Assembly: GCA_902589725.1 (NCBI GenBank)
Contig: CACITU010000003.1
Location: 20,655 to 84,654 of the forward strand
DNA: 64,000 bases
Direction: 5' to 3'
From: an uncultured Pelagibacteraceae bacterium
GTDB lineage: Bacteria; Pseudomonadota; Alphaproteobacteria; Pelagibacterales; Pelagibacteraceae
The position numbers were made by a program, and so were the translations under genes. Numbering within the stretch: position 1 is the stretch's first letter; each line of letters opens with the position of its first letter. This document shows, piece after piece, positions 1-12,434 of the stretch. The notes below the pieces were generated by a model. The model saw nothing but the letters and a program-made list of their open reading frames with translations, had not been told where the DNA came from and did not search any database.

Positions 1-2
1 CT

Positions 3-1744
<1,742 letters not shown>

Positions 1745-1749
1745 GAAAA

Positions 1750-2598
1750 ATGGCTACTGGCAGAGATGATTTTGTAATTGCCGTCAGGTCAGCTTTTTTA
1801 AAAAAAAAAGATAAACAAAAATTTTCATTACTCACTCTAATTTTTATATCAATTTTTGTTATTGTCTTAAGTAATCTTAATTTTAAAGCAATACAATTTG
1901 TTAAGTTAGGAATCAATGAAGTAATTTATAGAACTTCTTATATTGTATCGATTCCAGAAAATAAATTAGAAGAAATAACTTCCAAATTTAAATTACATAT
2001 AAATTTATATGAAAATCATCAGAAAGAATTAATTAAAGTAGATGATTCTGAGCAACTTAAATTACAAAATGAGTTTTTAGTTTCAGAAAATAAAAGGCTT
2101 AGAGAGTTGCTTGATGAAAGTATAAATTCACAAGAAATATTTGCTAGGGTTTTAATTGACAAAGACAGTCCATATTTAAAATCGGTAGTATTAAATAAAG
2201 GCACAAAAGATAAAGTAAAAATTGGAATGGCTGTTATTGATGGCGCTTATCTCGTTGGACAAATAATTGAAGTAAATTATACTAACTCTAGAGCATTGTT
2301 ATTATCTGATCTTAATAGCAAAATACCTTCTGTATTAGCCCCTAATGATGTGCAAACCGTTGTTTCTGGAACTGGAAAAAATTTTGGAATAATTGAACAT
2401 ACTCAGTATGTTTCTAAAAAAGAGATAAATGAAAAAGAAAGAGTAGTTTATACCTCTGGTCTTGGAGGTTTATTTAAACCTGGAATTCCAATTGGAAAAA
2501 TGAATATTAGCTCAAATGGAATTGTCAATTTCTTTTCTGATTTCACTCAGTTGAGTTATGTAAAAATAGTGTCTTATAAATTTGGTGGAGAAGAGTAA
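1750..2598 (+). CDS. mreC: Rod shape-determining protein MreC
   Basis: N-terminal TM helix, coiled coil (ENKRLRELL), TSGLGGLFKPGIPIG; follows mreB. Confidence 0.93.
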   Translation: MATGRDDFVIAVRSAFLKKKDKQKFSLLTLIFISIFVIVLSNLNFKAIQFVKLGINEVIYRTSYIVSIPENKLEEITSKFKLHINLYENHQKELIKVDDSEQLKLQNEFLVSENKRLRELLDESINSQEIFARVLIDKDSPYLKSVVLNKGTKDKVKIGMAVIDGAYLVGQIIEVNYTNSRALLLSDLNSKIPSVLAPNDVQTVVSGTGKNFGIIEHTQYVSKKEINEKERVVYTSGLGGLFKPGIPIGKMNISSNGIVNFFSDFTQLSYVKIVSYKFGGEE

Positions 2599-3122
2599 TG
2601 TCATCACTAAATAAAAGTCCTTTTTTTAGAATTCTTTTATCTTATCTTCCTTTAATAATGTTATTTTTCTCTGTATTTAATGAATTTGATTTTAATTACT
2701 TAAAACTTGATTATTTTGCCTTTAATTTTGTTCATCTTTTAATTTTTTTTTGGACATTAAGAAATCCTGATCAACTGGGTTATCTTGCAATCTTCTTTGC
2801 TGGTATAATTAATGATGTTGTAATTGGAATACCAATAGGAATAAGTAGTTTCTGTTATCTTATTCTTTGCTCAGTAACAGCTTATATAAGAAATATTACT
2901 TTAACCCCAAACTTTATGAAAGACTGGATATCATTATTATTTACAATTTTATTAATAAACTCAATTCAAATAATTATTTTGGATTTAGTTTTTTTAATTG
3001 AAGTTAATTACATTAATTATTTAATTAATTCTGGATTTACCTTTTTATTTTATCCAATATTTTTTGTATTTTTTAATTTTTTAAACGAAAGAATTTCATA
3101 TCAAACAAATGATCAAATCTAA
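2598..3122 (+). CDS. mreD: Rod shape-determining protein MreD
   Basis: Hydrophobic 174 aa protein with GIINDVVIGIPIG, between mreC and mrdA. Confidence 0.85.
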   Translation: MSSLNKSPFFRILLSYLPLIMLFFSVFNEFDFNYLKLDYFAFNFVHLLIFFWTLRNPDQLGYLAIFFAGIINDVVIGIPIGISSFCYLILCSVTAYIRNITLTPNFMKDWISLLFTILLINSIQIIILDLVFLIEVNYINYLINSGFTFLFYPIFFVFFNFLNERISYQTNDQI

Positions 3123-5031
3123 TTCAGGAATAAGAAAAACAGATGTGATTAATAGGCGGATGTTCATAATCGGAGCAGCAAAAGTAGTAGTATTTGCTGG
3201 TATTGTTGCCCGTTTATTTTCTCTTCAAATAAATGAAAATAAAAAATATCTCACACTCTCAGACAAGAATAGAATTAGAGAATGGAAGCTCCCTCCTACA
3301 AGGGGAAATATAGTTGATTATTTTGGTAATGTTATTGCAGGTAATTTGAAAGTTTATCAATTACATATAATTCCAGAGCAAGTTGAGAATTTCAATTATT
3401 TATTAGTTAGACTGAAAAATCTTTTAAATTTAAGTGACAAAAAAATTGCAAGAATAAATAAATTAAAAGCAGAGTTAAAACCATGGGATAGTATTATTGT
3501 ATCTGAAAATTTAAGCTGGAGTCAATTTGTAAAAATTAATAATTATTTATACGATCTTGTAGGTGTTAAACCTGTTATGACAATCTCCAGAAACTATCCA
3601 TTTAATGATGTATACACTCATGTTCTTGGATATGTGAGTCAACCAAATGAAAAAGAAATTTTAAACAATCAAATCATCCAAGAAAGATTTGTACCTGGGA
3701 TGAAAATTGGAAAATTAGGCTTAGAGAAAAGACTTGAAAATCATTTAATTGGAACAAATGCAATTCAACGATATGAAGTTAATGCTTATGGCAAAAGAAT
3801 TAATCAACTTGAGCATCAAAAAGGACAACAAGGATCTAAAATACGTTTAACTGTAGACACAGAAATACAAAAAGCTTGCAGAGAATTGTTAAATGAAAAA
3901 GCAGGATCAATAAGCGTAATGGATATCTATACAGGTGATATTATTGCAATGTATTCATCTCCGTCTTATGATCCAAATTTATTTTTATTCGGTATAAGTC
4001 AAGACGAATGGCAATTAATTAGAAACAATCCTTTAAAGCCGTTAATTAATAAAACTCTTTCAGGCCTATACTCTCCAGGTTCAACTATAAAACCAATAGT
4101 TGCTCTCTCAGCATTGGAAAATAATGTTATTGATACAAAGTTTAAAGTTAAATGTACAGGAAAGATGGAGTTATACGGACAAACATTTCATTGTTGGAAA
4201 GAAAAGGGACACGGTTGGGTTAGTTTGAAAAATGCAATGAAACAATCCTGTGATACTTATTTTTATGAAGTTTCAAGATTGTTAGGTGTTGATCGATTAA
4301 ATATTACAGCTGAAAAGTTTGGTTTAGGTAAAAAAGTACTTGGTGAATATTTTGATAATGAAAAAAAAGGACTATTCCCAAATACAAAATGGAAAAAAAA
4401 TAATCTTGGAAGAGGTTGGGTATTAGGTGAAACACTAATAACAGGTATTGGCCAAGGCTACATACAATCAACGCCTTTACAACTTTGCATGATGACAGCA
4501 CAAATCGCAAATGGTGGATATGCGATCAAACCTAAGATAATTGTCGATAGTAATCCAATTTCTTATGAGGATGCAAAACAATCAATGGAAAGCGGGTTAT
4601 TATTTGACTCAAATTCTGATTCTTTATTAGATAAAAAGCTATTTAAAAACAAAAAAAATATTAAAATTGTTCAAGAATCTATGTTTGCTTCAACAAATGA
4701 AAGATTTGGAACATCTTATAAATCAAGAATTGATGACCCCAAGTATCAATTTGCAGGAAAAACTGGAACAGCACAGGTTAAGAAAATAAGTAAAAGAGAA
4801 AGAGAATTAGATTTAGAATTAGAGCAAATACCTTACAAAGATAGAGACCATGCGTTATATGTTGCTTATGGACCTTATGTAAATCCAAGATATGCTTTAA
4901 GTATAATTATAGAGCACGGTGGCTCAGGAAGTAAGGCAGCAGCACCTATAGCAAAAAAATTATTTAAATTAATTATTGATAGGCATGAATTAAGAAACAA
5001 ACAATCAAATTTTGAGAGGATTACAATTTAA
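3109..5031 (+). CDS. mrdA: Penicillin-binding protein 2
   Basis: SxxK (PGSTIK), SCD (QSCDTYFY) and KTGTAQ transpeptidase motifs; operon context. Confidence 0.96.
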   Translation: MIKSNSGIRKTDVINRRMFIIGAAKVVVFAGIVARLFSLQINENKKYLTLSDKNRIREWKLPPTRGNIVDYFGNVIAGNLKVYQLHIIPEQVENFNYLLVRLKNLLNLSDKKIARINKLKAELKPWDSIIVSENLSWSQFVKINNYLYDLVGVKPVMTISRNYPFNDVYTHVLGYVSQPNEKEILNNQIIQERFVPGMKIGKLGLEKRLENHLIGTNAIQRYEVNAYGKRINQLEHQKGQQGSKIRLTVDTEIQKACRELLNEKAGSISVMDIYTGDIIAMYSSPSYDPNLFLFGISQDEWQLIRNNPLKPLINKTLSGLYSPGSTIKPIVALSALENNVIDTKFKVKCTGKMELYGQTFHCWKEKGHGWVSLKNAMKQSCDTYFYEVSRLLGVDRLNITAEKFGLGKKVLGEYFDNEKKGLFPNTKWKKNNLGRGWVLGETLITGIGQGYIQSTPLQLCMMTAQIANGGYAIKPKIIVDSNPISYEDAKQSMESGLLFDSNSDSLLDKKLFKNKKNIKIVQESMFASTNERFGTSYKSRIDDPKYQFAGKTGTAQVKKISKRERELDLELEQIPYKDRDHALYVAYGPYVNPRYALSIIIEHGGSGSKAAAPIAKKLFKLIIDRHELRNKQSNFERITI

Positions 5032-6156
5032 ATGTTCCAGCATGATAGATTGAATAGTGAGATTACATTACTTCAAAAAATAAAAAACTTAGACTATACA
5101 TTGTTAATCTCTGTTACCCTGCTTTCTGTAATAAGTGTTTTGGTTATGTATTCTACTGATGGGGGCGAAATACTTTTTCATACCAAAAATCATTTTTTAA
5201 AACTTGCAGTTTTTTTTCCATTAATGATTTTTGTTGCTTTATTTAACATAAAATTTTGGCACAATTTTTCTTATATTATCTATTTTATAGTAATGCTTTT
5301 ATTAATTTACGTCTCATTTTTTGGGATTAAGGCCTCAGGTTCACAAAGATGGATGGATGTATATTTTTTCGTACTTCAGCCCTCTGAATTAATGAAAATA
5401 GCAATTATAATGTGTCTTGCTAAATATTATCACAGATTGAAAGTAGAGAATGTAAATTCATTCACCAGTATTACAATTGTTTTGTCAGTTATAATAATTC
5501 CTACTATTTTTGTAGTTTCTCAGCCTGATCTTGGTACTTCAATACTTATTGCATTGAGTGGATTAATTATATTATGGCTAGGTGGGGTAAAAATTAAATA
5601 TTTTATATATTCATTTATTACTTTCTTAATTTCATTGCCGTTTATAATTTCTTTCTTAAAACCCTATCAAAAACTAAGAATACTTACTTTTTTAGACCCA
5701 GATAGAGATCCATTGGGTGCAGGATACCAAATTATACAATCAAAAATAGCAATTGGCTCAGGTGGTCTTGATGGAAAAGGTTTTTTAAAAGGTACACAGA
5801 GTTATTTAGATTTTTTACCTGAAAAACATACGGATTTTATATTCACCTTATTCTCAGAAGAGTTTGGGTTTGTTGGTTCAGTTGGACTTTTAATATTATA
5901 CTCAATTATAATTTTTAGAATTATAAGAATAGGATCCATCTCAAGAAGTAATTTTGCAAGACTTTTTTGTTTTGGATATGCTTTTGCAATATTTATTTAT
6001 ATCGTGGTAAACCTATCTATGGTTTTAGGTTTACTACCTATAGTTGGTTCTCCATTACCAATAATGTCATATGGCGGTTCTTCAATGTTAGCTACAATGA
6101 TTGGTTTTGGTATAGTATTAAGTGCAAAAATTAATCATAAACAAATGATTGCTTAA
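5032..6156 (+). CDS. rodA: Peptidoglycan glycosyltransferase RodA (SEDS family)
   Basis: QPSELMK, QPDLGT, PEKHTDFIF, SYGGSS motifs; directly after mrdA. Confidence 0.96.
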   Translation: MFQHDRLNSEITLLQKIKNLDYTLLISVTLLSVISVLVMYSTDGGEILFHTKNHFLKLAVFFPLMIFVALFNIKFWHNFSYIIYFIVMLLLIYVSFFGIKASGSQRWMDVYFFVLQPSELMKIAIIMCLAKYYHRLKVENVNSFTSITIVLSVIIIPTIFVVSQPDLGTSILIALSGLIILWLGGVKIKYFIYSFITFLISLPFIISFLKPYQKLRILTFLDPDRDPLGAGYQIIQSKIAIGSGGLDGKGFLKGTQSYLDFLPEKHTDFIFTLFSEEFGFVGSVGLLILYSIIIFRIIRIGSISRSNFARLFCFGYAFAIFIYIVVNLSMVLGLLPIVGSPLPIMSYGGSSMLATMIGFGIVLSAKINHKQMIA

Positions 6157-6219
6157 TGTAATTATAATTTGCATAATTTGTCACTCTAAAAATATAATTT
6201 TTAATTGTATAACAATTTA

Positions 6220-7461
6220 ATGAATAAAAATCTTAAAGTAGGAATAGTTGGGGCTGGAATTCAAGGTGTATCCAATGCTTTATTTCTTCAAAAAAAAGGT
6301 TTTAATGTGACTATTTTTGACAGAGATAATCCAGGCAGCCAAGCTGCTTCTTATGGTAATGCTGGTCATTTTTCTCCTTATGCGTCTCTTTCTTTAAATA
6401 GAACTGATGTTCTCGCAGACGTTCCTGCTATGCTCTTAAGTTCTTCAGGTCCGCTTGCATTAAAGTGGAACTATGTACCAAAAATGATCCCGTGGTTTGT
6501 AAAATTCATAATGAATACATCCAAATCTAAAATGATGCATACCGCTAAAAATATGCATCAAATTTTAGATTTAGCTTTACCAGCCTATGATGAATTGTTT
6601 GAGGAGGTGGATCTTGAAGGTTTAGTTGAAAACAAAGGAATTCTTTATATTTGGAATGATAAAGATTTAAAAAGTAGAGAATTAGAAATTAGAGTTAGAG
6701 AAGAATTAGGAGTTGAACAACAATTAGTTTCCAAATCTGAAATCCACGATCTTGAACCACATATTAAACCATTTTATCACGCAGGTGTATTTTATCCCTA
6801 CGCAAGACATGCGAGAAATCCAAAAAGAATTCTTTTAAAATTATTTGACTTATTTTTACAAAAGGGTGGAAAATTTAATAAAGTAAATATTAATGATATT
6901 AGCTTTGATGATGAAAAACCAGTTTTTAAAACTGAAACTCAAAGTTATTTATTTGACAAAGCAGTAATAGCTTGTGGAGCTTTTTCAAAAAAATTAACAG
7001 ATAGTCTTGGTGAAAAAATACCTTTAGATACAGAGCGTGGATATCATGTTCATTTTAAAAATTGTGATCATTTATTAAGTAGGCCTGTAATATTTTCTAA
7101 TCGTGGATTTGGAATAACACCGATGGAACAGGGATTAAGAGTTGTTGGAACTGTAGAATTTGGAGGTCTAGATAATCCATTATCTAAATCAAGAGTTAAG
7201 AATTTAATAAACAATGCAAAATATATGCTGGGTGACTTACCTGAACATGAGGATGAATGGTTAGGATTTAGACCAACTTTGCCAGATTTTTTGCCAGTTA
7301 TGGGACCATCAAAAAATTATAAAAATATTTACTATTGTTTTGGACATCATCATTTAGGATGGACTTTAGGCCCAATATCTGGAAAAATTGTTTCGGGAAT
7401 GATAGCGAACGAAAATACAAACTTAGATTTGAAACCTTATAGCTCGCTTAGATTTAATTAA
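6220..7461 (+). CDS. FAD-dependent D-amino acid dehydrogenase (DadA/DAO family)
   Basis: GAGIQG dinucleotide motif, ASYGNAG, ERGYH, WLGFRPTLPD, GHHHLGWTLGP. ATG at 6220 preferred over TTG at 6205. Confidence 0.85.
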   Translation: MNKNLKVGIVGAGIQGVSNALFLQKKGFNVTIFDRDNPGSQAASYGNAGHFSPYASLSLNRTDVLADVPAMLLSSSGPLALKWNYVPKMIPWFVKFIMNTSKSKMMHTAKNMHQILDLALPAYDELFEEVDLEGLVENKGILYIWNDKDLKSRELEIRVREELGVEQQLVSKSEIHDLEPHIKPFYHAGVFYPYARHARNPKRILLKLFDLFLQKGGKFNKVNINDISFDDEKPVFKTETQSYLFDKAVIACGAFSKKLTDSLGEKIPLDTERGYHVHFKNCDHLLSRPVIFSNRGFGITPMEQGLRVVGTVEFGGLDNPLSKSRVKNLINNAKYMLGDLPEHEDEWLGFRPTLPDFLPVMGPSKNYKNIYYCFGHHHLGWTLGPISGKIVSGMIANENTNLDLKPYSSLRFN

Positions 7462-8364
7462 GTGACTAAGGATAACAATTTTTTAGCATATCTATATCTA
7501 TTTTTAACAGTAACTTTTTGGGCAGGAAATTTTGTAGTTGGTAAAGTTGCTAGTTTTTATGAAGTCCCTCCTTTTTCCTTAAATTTTTATCGTTGGTTCT
7601 TTGCATGGTTAATTTTAGCGCCTTTTACAATTCCAGAAATTTTAGAGAAAAGAAATTATATAATTAAAAATTACAAACTTTTTATTGTTTTAGGTGTGAC
7701 TAGTATCACAATCTTTAATTCTATTGTTTATTATTCCTTAAATTTTACACAAGTTATAAGTGGTGTCTTAATGATTTCTACTATTCCTGTAATGATAATG
7801 TTGTTTTCATCTATATTAAAGATTGAAAAAACAAATATTTTTCAGATTATTGGAGTAATTTTTTCATTTGTTGGAGTGATTATGATTATTACCAAAGCAA
7901 ATTTTGAAATATTAAAAAATTTAGACTTTAATAAAGGTGACATAACTATGGTGATTGCAATGTTTTCATGGGCATTATATTCAACCTTGTTAAAGGGAAA
8001 AAAATATGAATTATCACAAATATCATTACTTCAAGTAGTAATTACTTTCGGTTTAGTATTTTTAATTCCTGTTTATTTTATTGAATATCAAATTGGCTTT
8101 AGGATTGATTTAGAATTGCCGTTCATTTTAATTTTAACATACGTGGTTTTGTTTCCAGGTTTAGCATCTTTTCTTTTATGGATAAAAGGAATATCAATGA
8201 TTGGTGCTAATCGATCTGGTGTTTTTTTACACTTAATGCCAATTTTAAGCGCAATAATGGCGATGATTTTTTTTAGTGAAAAATTTATGTTTTACCATAT
8301 TTTAGGTGCTTGTTTTATTATCACAGGAATATTGTTATCAAACAAAAAAATTAAAAATGCTTAA
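7462..8364 (+). CDS. EamA/DMT family transporter
   Basis: About ten hydrophobic segments, FWAGNFVVGK, two-repeat EamA layout. Confidence 0.88.
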   Translation: MTKDNNFLAYLYLFLTVTFWAGNFVVGKVASFYEVPPFSLNFYRWFFAWLILAPFTIPEILEKRNYIIKNYKLFIVLGVTSITIFNSIVYYSLNFTQVISGVLMISTIPVMIMLFSSILKIEKTNIFQIIGVIFSFVGVIMIITKANFEILKNLDFNKGDITMVIAMFSWALYSTLLKGKKYELSQISLLQVVITFGLVFLIPVYFIEYQIGFRIDLELPFILILTYVVLFPGLASFLLWIKGISMIGANRSGVFLHLMPILSAIMAMIFFSEKFMFYHILGACFIITGILLSNKKIKNA

Positions 8365-9307
8365 AGTTGCTATATTAGACGATTATCAAAATGTTGCTCA
8401 ACAATTTGTAGATCTAGAAAAATTAGCAGGAAAATATGAATTTAAGATTTTTAGTGAGCCATTTTTAGATGAAGCTGACGCAATAGAACAACTAGCTGAA
8501 TTTGAGGCTTTATTGATAATGCGGGAAAGAACTCCTATAACAAAAAATTTAATTGAAAATTTAAATGAGTTAAAATTTGTAATCACAAGTGGATTAAGAA
8601 ACAAATCTATTGATTTAGAGGCTGCAAAGAAAAGAAAAATTTTAGTTTGTGGAACAGATATAAACTTAAACCCAACTCCTGAATTGACCTGGGCACTTAT
8701 TCTTGGTTTGGCAAGAAATTTTAAGGAGGAGCTTGACAATATGTATCAAGGGTACTGGCAAACAACTATCGGTGTAGAATTGAAAGGCAAAATTTTAGGT
8801 TTAATTGGTTTGGGAAGAGTAGGTTCGGAAGTTGCTAAAATTGGAAAAGCTTTTGGAATGCAAGTAATGGCCTGGAGTGAAAATTTAAGCTTAGATAAGT
8901 GCAAAGAATTAGATGTACTTCCTTGTAGCAAAGATGACATAATTACAAATTCCGATGTACTTTCAATTCACGTTCAAGGAGGTGAAAGATACAAAGACTG
9001 TATTACCATTAAAGAATTTGATAAAATGAAAAAAACTGCCTTTTTAATAAATACTTCTAGAGGATCTATTGTTAACGAGGATGACTTAATTATTGCATTA
9101 TCAACTAATATAATTGCAGGAGCAGGAATAGATGTTTATGACAAAGAGCCTCTACCGGAGAATAACAAACTTCGATTTTTACCAAATGCACTACTTACCC
9201 CGCACATAGGTTATGTAACAGCTGAAAATTATAGCATTTTTTATAACCAAATGATTGAAGGACTAGAGGCTTGTGTAAATGGAAAGCCTATCAGAGTTTT
9301 AGAATAA
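8357..9307 (+). CDS. D-2-hydroxyacid dehydrogenase family protein
   Basis: AILDDYQ, MRERT, GLGRVG, INTSRG, TPHIGY. Likely start ATG 8357, overlapping the upstream stop. Confidence 0.9.
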   Translation: MLKVAILDDYQNVAQQFVDLEKLAGKYEFKIFSEPFLDEADAIEQLAEFEALLIMRERTPITKNLIENLNELKFVITSGLRNKSIDLEAAKKRKILVCGTDINLNPTPELTWALILGLARNFKEELDNMYQGYWQTTIGVELKGKILGLIGLGRVGSEVAKIGKAFGMQVMAWSENLSLDKCKELDVLPCSKDDIITNSDVLSIHVQGGERYKDCITIKEFDKMKKTAFLINTSRGSIVNEDDLIIALSTNIIAGAGIDVYDKEPLPENNKLRFLPNALLTPHIGYVTAENYSIFYNQMIEGLEACVNGKPIRVLE

Positions 9308-9309
9308 AA

Positions 9310-10209
9310 ATGGAACTACCTGTTGTTAATCACAAAGATTATTTTGCTAAAATTGGTGATGATCATAAATTTCCAATTAACAAATTTGGGGAACTAGCAA
9401 ACTATTTGACTCAAAATAAAATAGTAAATAAATTTTATAAACCTTCAGCCTGCTCATTTGAAACATTAAGCTTCGCGCATTCAAAAAATTATATTTTAGA
9501 TATAAAAAATAAAACTTTAAGCAAAGAAGGAGTAAAAAAAATTGGATTTCCACTTGTAGATAGTGTTGTGCAAAGATCGTTAGTTGCCACAGGCGGAACT
9601 GTTCTTGCATCAAAACTTGCGATAAAATTTGGTATTTCGTGTAATACTGCAGGAGGCAGCCATCATGCAAGTTATAACGGTGGAGCAGGTTACTGTGTAT
9701 TTAACGATGTAGCTGTTGCTGCACATTACTTACTTAATAGAGGTCTAGCCAATAAAATTTTAATTGTTGATTTAGACGTTCACCAAGGAAATGGAAATTC
9801 AGAAATTTTCAAGGATAATAGAAGTGTTTTTACTTTTAGTATGCATTCTAAAACTAATTATCCAGCAAAAAAATCAACCAGTGACCTGGATGTAGAGCTA
9901 GAGGATAATTTAGAGGATGACGCATATATCAAAACGCTTAAACATTATTTAAAAGAGTTAAATCAGGAAAATTTTGATTTTATTTTTTATATAGCTGGTG
10001 TGGATATTCATTTTAATGACCGATTAGGTAAATTAAAAATTTCTGATGAGGGTATTAAATTAAGAGATGAACTTGTTGTAGAAAACTTTTTTTCTAAACG
10101 AATTCCATTTTGTGGGGTTTTGGGTGGTGGTTACAATAAAGATTTTAATAAACTCGTTGAATTACACTCAATGTTGCATCAATCTTGTGCTAAATATATA
10201 GGATCATGA
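9310..10209 (+). CDS. Histone deacetylase-family Zn amidohydrolase
   Basis: GGSHHA, GYCVFND, DLDVHQGNG, AGVD, GGGY. Likely start ATG 9310. Confidence 0.92.
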   Translation: MELPVVNHKDYFAKIGDDHKFPINKFGELANYLTQNKIVNKFYKPSACSFETLSFAHSKNYILDIKNKTLSKEGVKKIGFPLVDSVVQRSLVATGGTVLASKLAIKFGISCNTAGGSHHASYNGGAGYCVFNDVAVAAHYLLNRGLANKILIVDLDVHQGNGNSEIFKDNRSVFTFSMHSKTNYPAKKSTSDLDVELEDNLEDDAYIKTLKHYLKELNQENFDFIFYIAGVDIHFNDRLGKLKISDEGIKLRDELVVENFFSKRIPFCGVLGGGYNKDFNKLVELHSMLHQSCAKYIGS

Positions 10210-10580
10210 TAAAAAAAATTAATCCAAATCTAACTGCTGAGCAAAAATTAATCTTGTTTGAAGAAGGAACTGAGCGTGCAGGTTCAAGTGAGCTTAATCA
10301 TGAAAAGAGAGAAGGCAGTTTTCATTGTGCAAATTGCGATGAAAAATTATTTGATTCAAATACTAAATATGAAAGTGGATCAGGCTGGCCTTCTTTTTTC
10401 AAATCTTTACCTGATGTATTTGAAACTAAAACTGATCACCATATAGGATATGCAAGAACTGAATATCATTGTAAAAAATGTGGCGGCCATCATGGTCACA
10501 TATTCGATGATGGACCCGAGCCAACGGGAAAGCGATTTTGTAATAACGGAGTTTGTTTAGTGTTCAAACCAAAGAGTTAA
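10206..10580 (+). CDS. msrB: Peptide-methionine (R)-S-oxide reductase
   Basis: GTERA, CxxC pairs, SGSGWPSF, GHIFDDGP, RFCNNG. Confidence 0.96.
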   Translation: MIKKINPNLTAEQKLILFEEGTERAGSSELNHEKREGSFHCANCDEKLFDSNTKYESGSGWPSFFKSLPDVFETKTDHHIGYARTEYHCKKCGGHHGHIFDDGPEPTGKRFCNNGVCLVFKPKS

Positions 10581-10585
10581 ATTTA

Positions 10586-11818
10586 ATGTTTGAAGATATT
10601 GATATAAATAATGTCAAAAATTACTTAAAAAGTCTCTCAAAAAACCATGAGGAAAATTTCCTTAAAATTGAAAATTTTATTAAATCTGAAGTAGATAAAA
10701 TACAAAAATTAAAAAATTTTCAAAAAGCTATAATTCCAGAAATTGACTTCAGTGATTTAGATCAACCAAATATTGATTTTATAGAAACTGTAAAAAAAAG
10801 AGGATGTCTTATTATAAGGAATGTATTTGAGGATAAAGCGATCTTTGAACTAAATACTCAATTAGAAAAATATATTGATGAAAATAACTACTATGAAGAT
10901 CAACAGAAGAAGTCTGATTTAGATAAATATTTTAGTGATTTGAAATCTGCAAAACCTCAAATTTATGGTCTTTATTGGTCAAAAGCGCAAATCGAAATTA
11001 GACATTCAGAGAAAATGGCTAAAGTTAAAAAATGGCTAAATAATCTTTGGCTTTATAAAAATGATGAATATGAAGTATTTAATCCAAATAAAGAACTATC
11101 TTATGCAGACAGAGTAAGGAGAAGAGAGCCAGGAGATAATACTTTAGGTTTATCTCCTCATTGTGATGCTGGGTCTATTGAAAGGTGGACTGATAGTTTT
11201 TATCAAAAAATTTACAAAAACATATTTGCTGATAATTTTGAAAAATTTAATCCATTCGATGCAAAATATAGAGACAAAACAAAAGAATTTGAATCTCCAG
11301 CGGTTGCTCATGTTTTTAGAACATTTCAAGGATGGACAGCATTAACTGAGCAAGGACCAAGTGATGGAACTTTACAATTAATACCTATCTCAAAAGGTAT
11401 TGCATATGTTTTAACACGAGCTTTACAAAACGATGTTCCGAAAAATGAACTATGTGGATCAAAATTAGGCAGAGCTTTATCTGTAAATAATGAATATCAT
11501 TCTTTACTTTTAAAGGGATTAGTTTCAATTCCAAAAATGAAACCAGGAGATACAGTTTGGTGGCATCCTGATGTTATACATGCTGTTGAAGATAAACATT
11601 CAGGTAAAAATTATTCTAATGTAGTTTATGTTGGTGCAACACCTTACTGTAAAAAAAATCTAGATTATACTATAAAACAATCGAAAAAATTTTTAGAAGG
11701 CAAAAGCCCACCCGACTTTGCACCTGAGGATTATGAGATCAATTATAAAGGTAGAATTAAACTTGGAGATTTGAGTTTATTAGCTAAGAAACAATTAGCT
11801 TTAGAAGATTGGAATTAA
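10586..11818 (+). CDS. YbiU/DUF1479 (Gig2-like) putative Fe(II)/2OG oxygenase
   Basis: PQIYGLYWSKAQ, YADRVRRR, PHCDAGSIERW, FRTFQGW, GDTVWWHPDVIHAV, SPPDF. Start ATG 10586. Confidence 0.85.
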   Translation: MFEDIDINNVKNYLKSLSKNHEENFLKIENFIKSEVDKIQKLKNFQKAIIPEIDFSDLDQPNIDFIETVKKRGCLIIRNVFEDKAIFELNTQLEKYIDENNYYEDQQKKSDLDKYFSDLKSAKPQIYGLYWSKAQIEIRHSEKMAKVKKWLNNLWLYKNDEYEVFNPNKELSYADRVRRREPGDNTLGLSPHCDAGSIERWTDSFYQKIYKNIFADNFEKFNPFDAKYRDKTKEFESPAVAHVFRTFQGWTALTEQGPSDGTLQLIPISKGIAYVLTRALQNDVPKNELCGSKLGRALSVNNEYHSLLLKGLVSIPKMKPGDTVWWHPDVIHAVEDKHSGKNYSNVVYVGATPYCKKNLDYTIKQSKKFLEGKSPPDFAPEDYEINYKGRIKLGDLSLLAKKQLALEDWN

Positions 11819-12072
11819 TTTTTTAGAAGATCTTGTAGTTTATTATCTTTTTCTAATGCTCTAACTTCATCATAACCACCGATATGCTCTTCATCAAAAA
11901 AGATCTGGGGAATTGTTCTTTTACCATTTGCCTTTTTAATCATTTCATCCATTGCTCCATCAACTTTTGAAATATCAATTTCATTATATGTTGCATTATT
12001 TCTTGCTAATAATCTTTTAGCTGCTTCACAATAATTACAAAAGGGGCCTGTATACATGGTAATTTTTTTCAT
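11815..12072 (-). CDS. grxC: Glutaredoxin 3
   Basis: CNYC active site, RTIPQIF, HIGGYD. Confidence 0.93.
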   Translation of the reverse strand: MKKITMYTGPFCNYCEAAKRLLARNNATYNEIDISKVDGAMDEMIKKANGKRTIPQIFFDEEHIGGYDEVRALEKDNKLQDLLKN

Positions 12073-12075
12073 AGA

Positions 12076-12372
12076 TTATAAATAATCACCTTTTTTAATT
12101 TTACTAGTAATTTCTTTTCTAGAGTATTCAAACTTTTTGCGATGTTTTATACTTTTTTGATTTACTCTTTTTCTCCACAATCTGAAAGACGATGGTTTTA
12201 GAGATCTTCTCATGATTTTAATTACATCAGATTCTTTCTTCCCAGTTTTTTTTTCAATTTCCTCAAAAGTTATTCTATCTGCCCAAGCTGCCCAAATGAT
12301 CCAATCAGGATCGTCCATTTTGGGTTCTGGATTTTTGACTTTGGTGATTGGCCTGTGACCTTTTTTTTTCAT
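12076..12372 (-). CDS. TIGR03643/DUF2805 family protein
   Basis: AWADRITFEEI...VIKIMRRSLKPSSFRLWRKRV matches the family as I recall it. Confidence 0.8.
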   Translation of the reverse strand: MKKKGHRPITKVKNPEPKMDDPDWIIWAAWADRITFEEIEKKTGKKESDVIKIMRRSLKPSSFRLWRKRVNQKSIKHRKKFEYSRKEITSKIKKGDYL

Positions 12373-12434
12373 AAATCCTTTATATTTGAAAAAAATATTT
12401 AATGCATTTTTTTTAGCCTCTGATATTATCTATT

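Noticed and set aside
1800-1809. A10 homopolymer in mreC as a phase-variation tract
   Set aside because: In-frame Lys codons in a core gene of an AT-rich genome; such runs are common here.
9310-10209. Chromatin-type histone deacetylase
   Set aside because: Bacterial HDAC-family amidohydrolases are widespread and act on small molecules or non-histone proteins.
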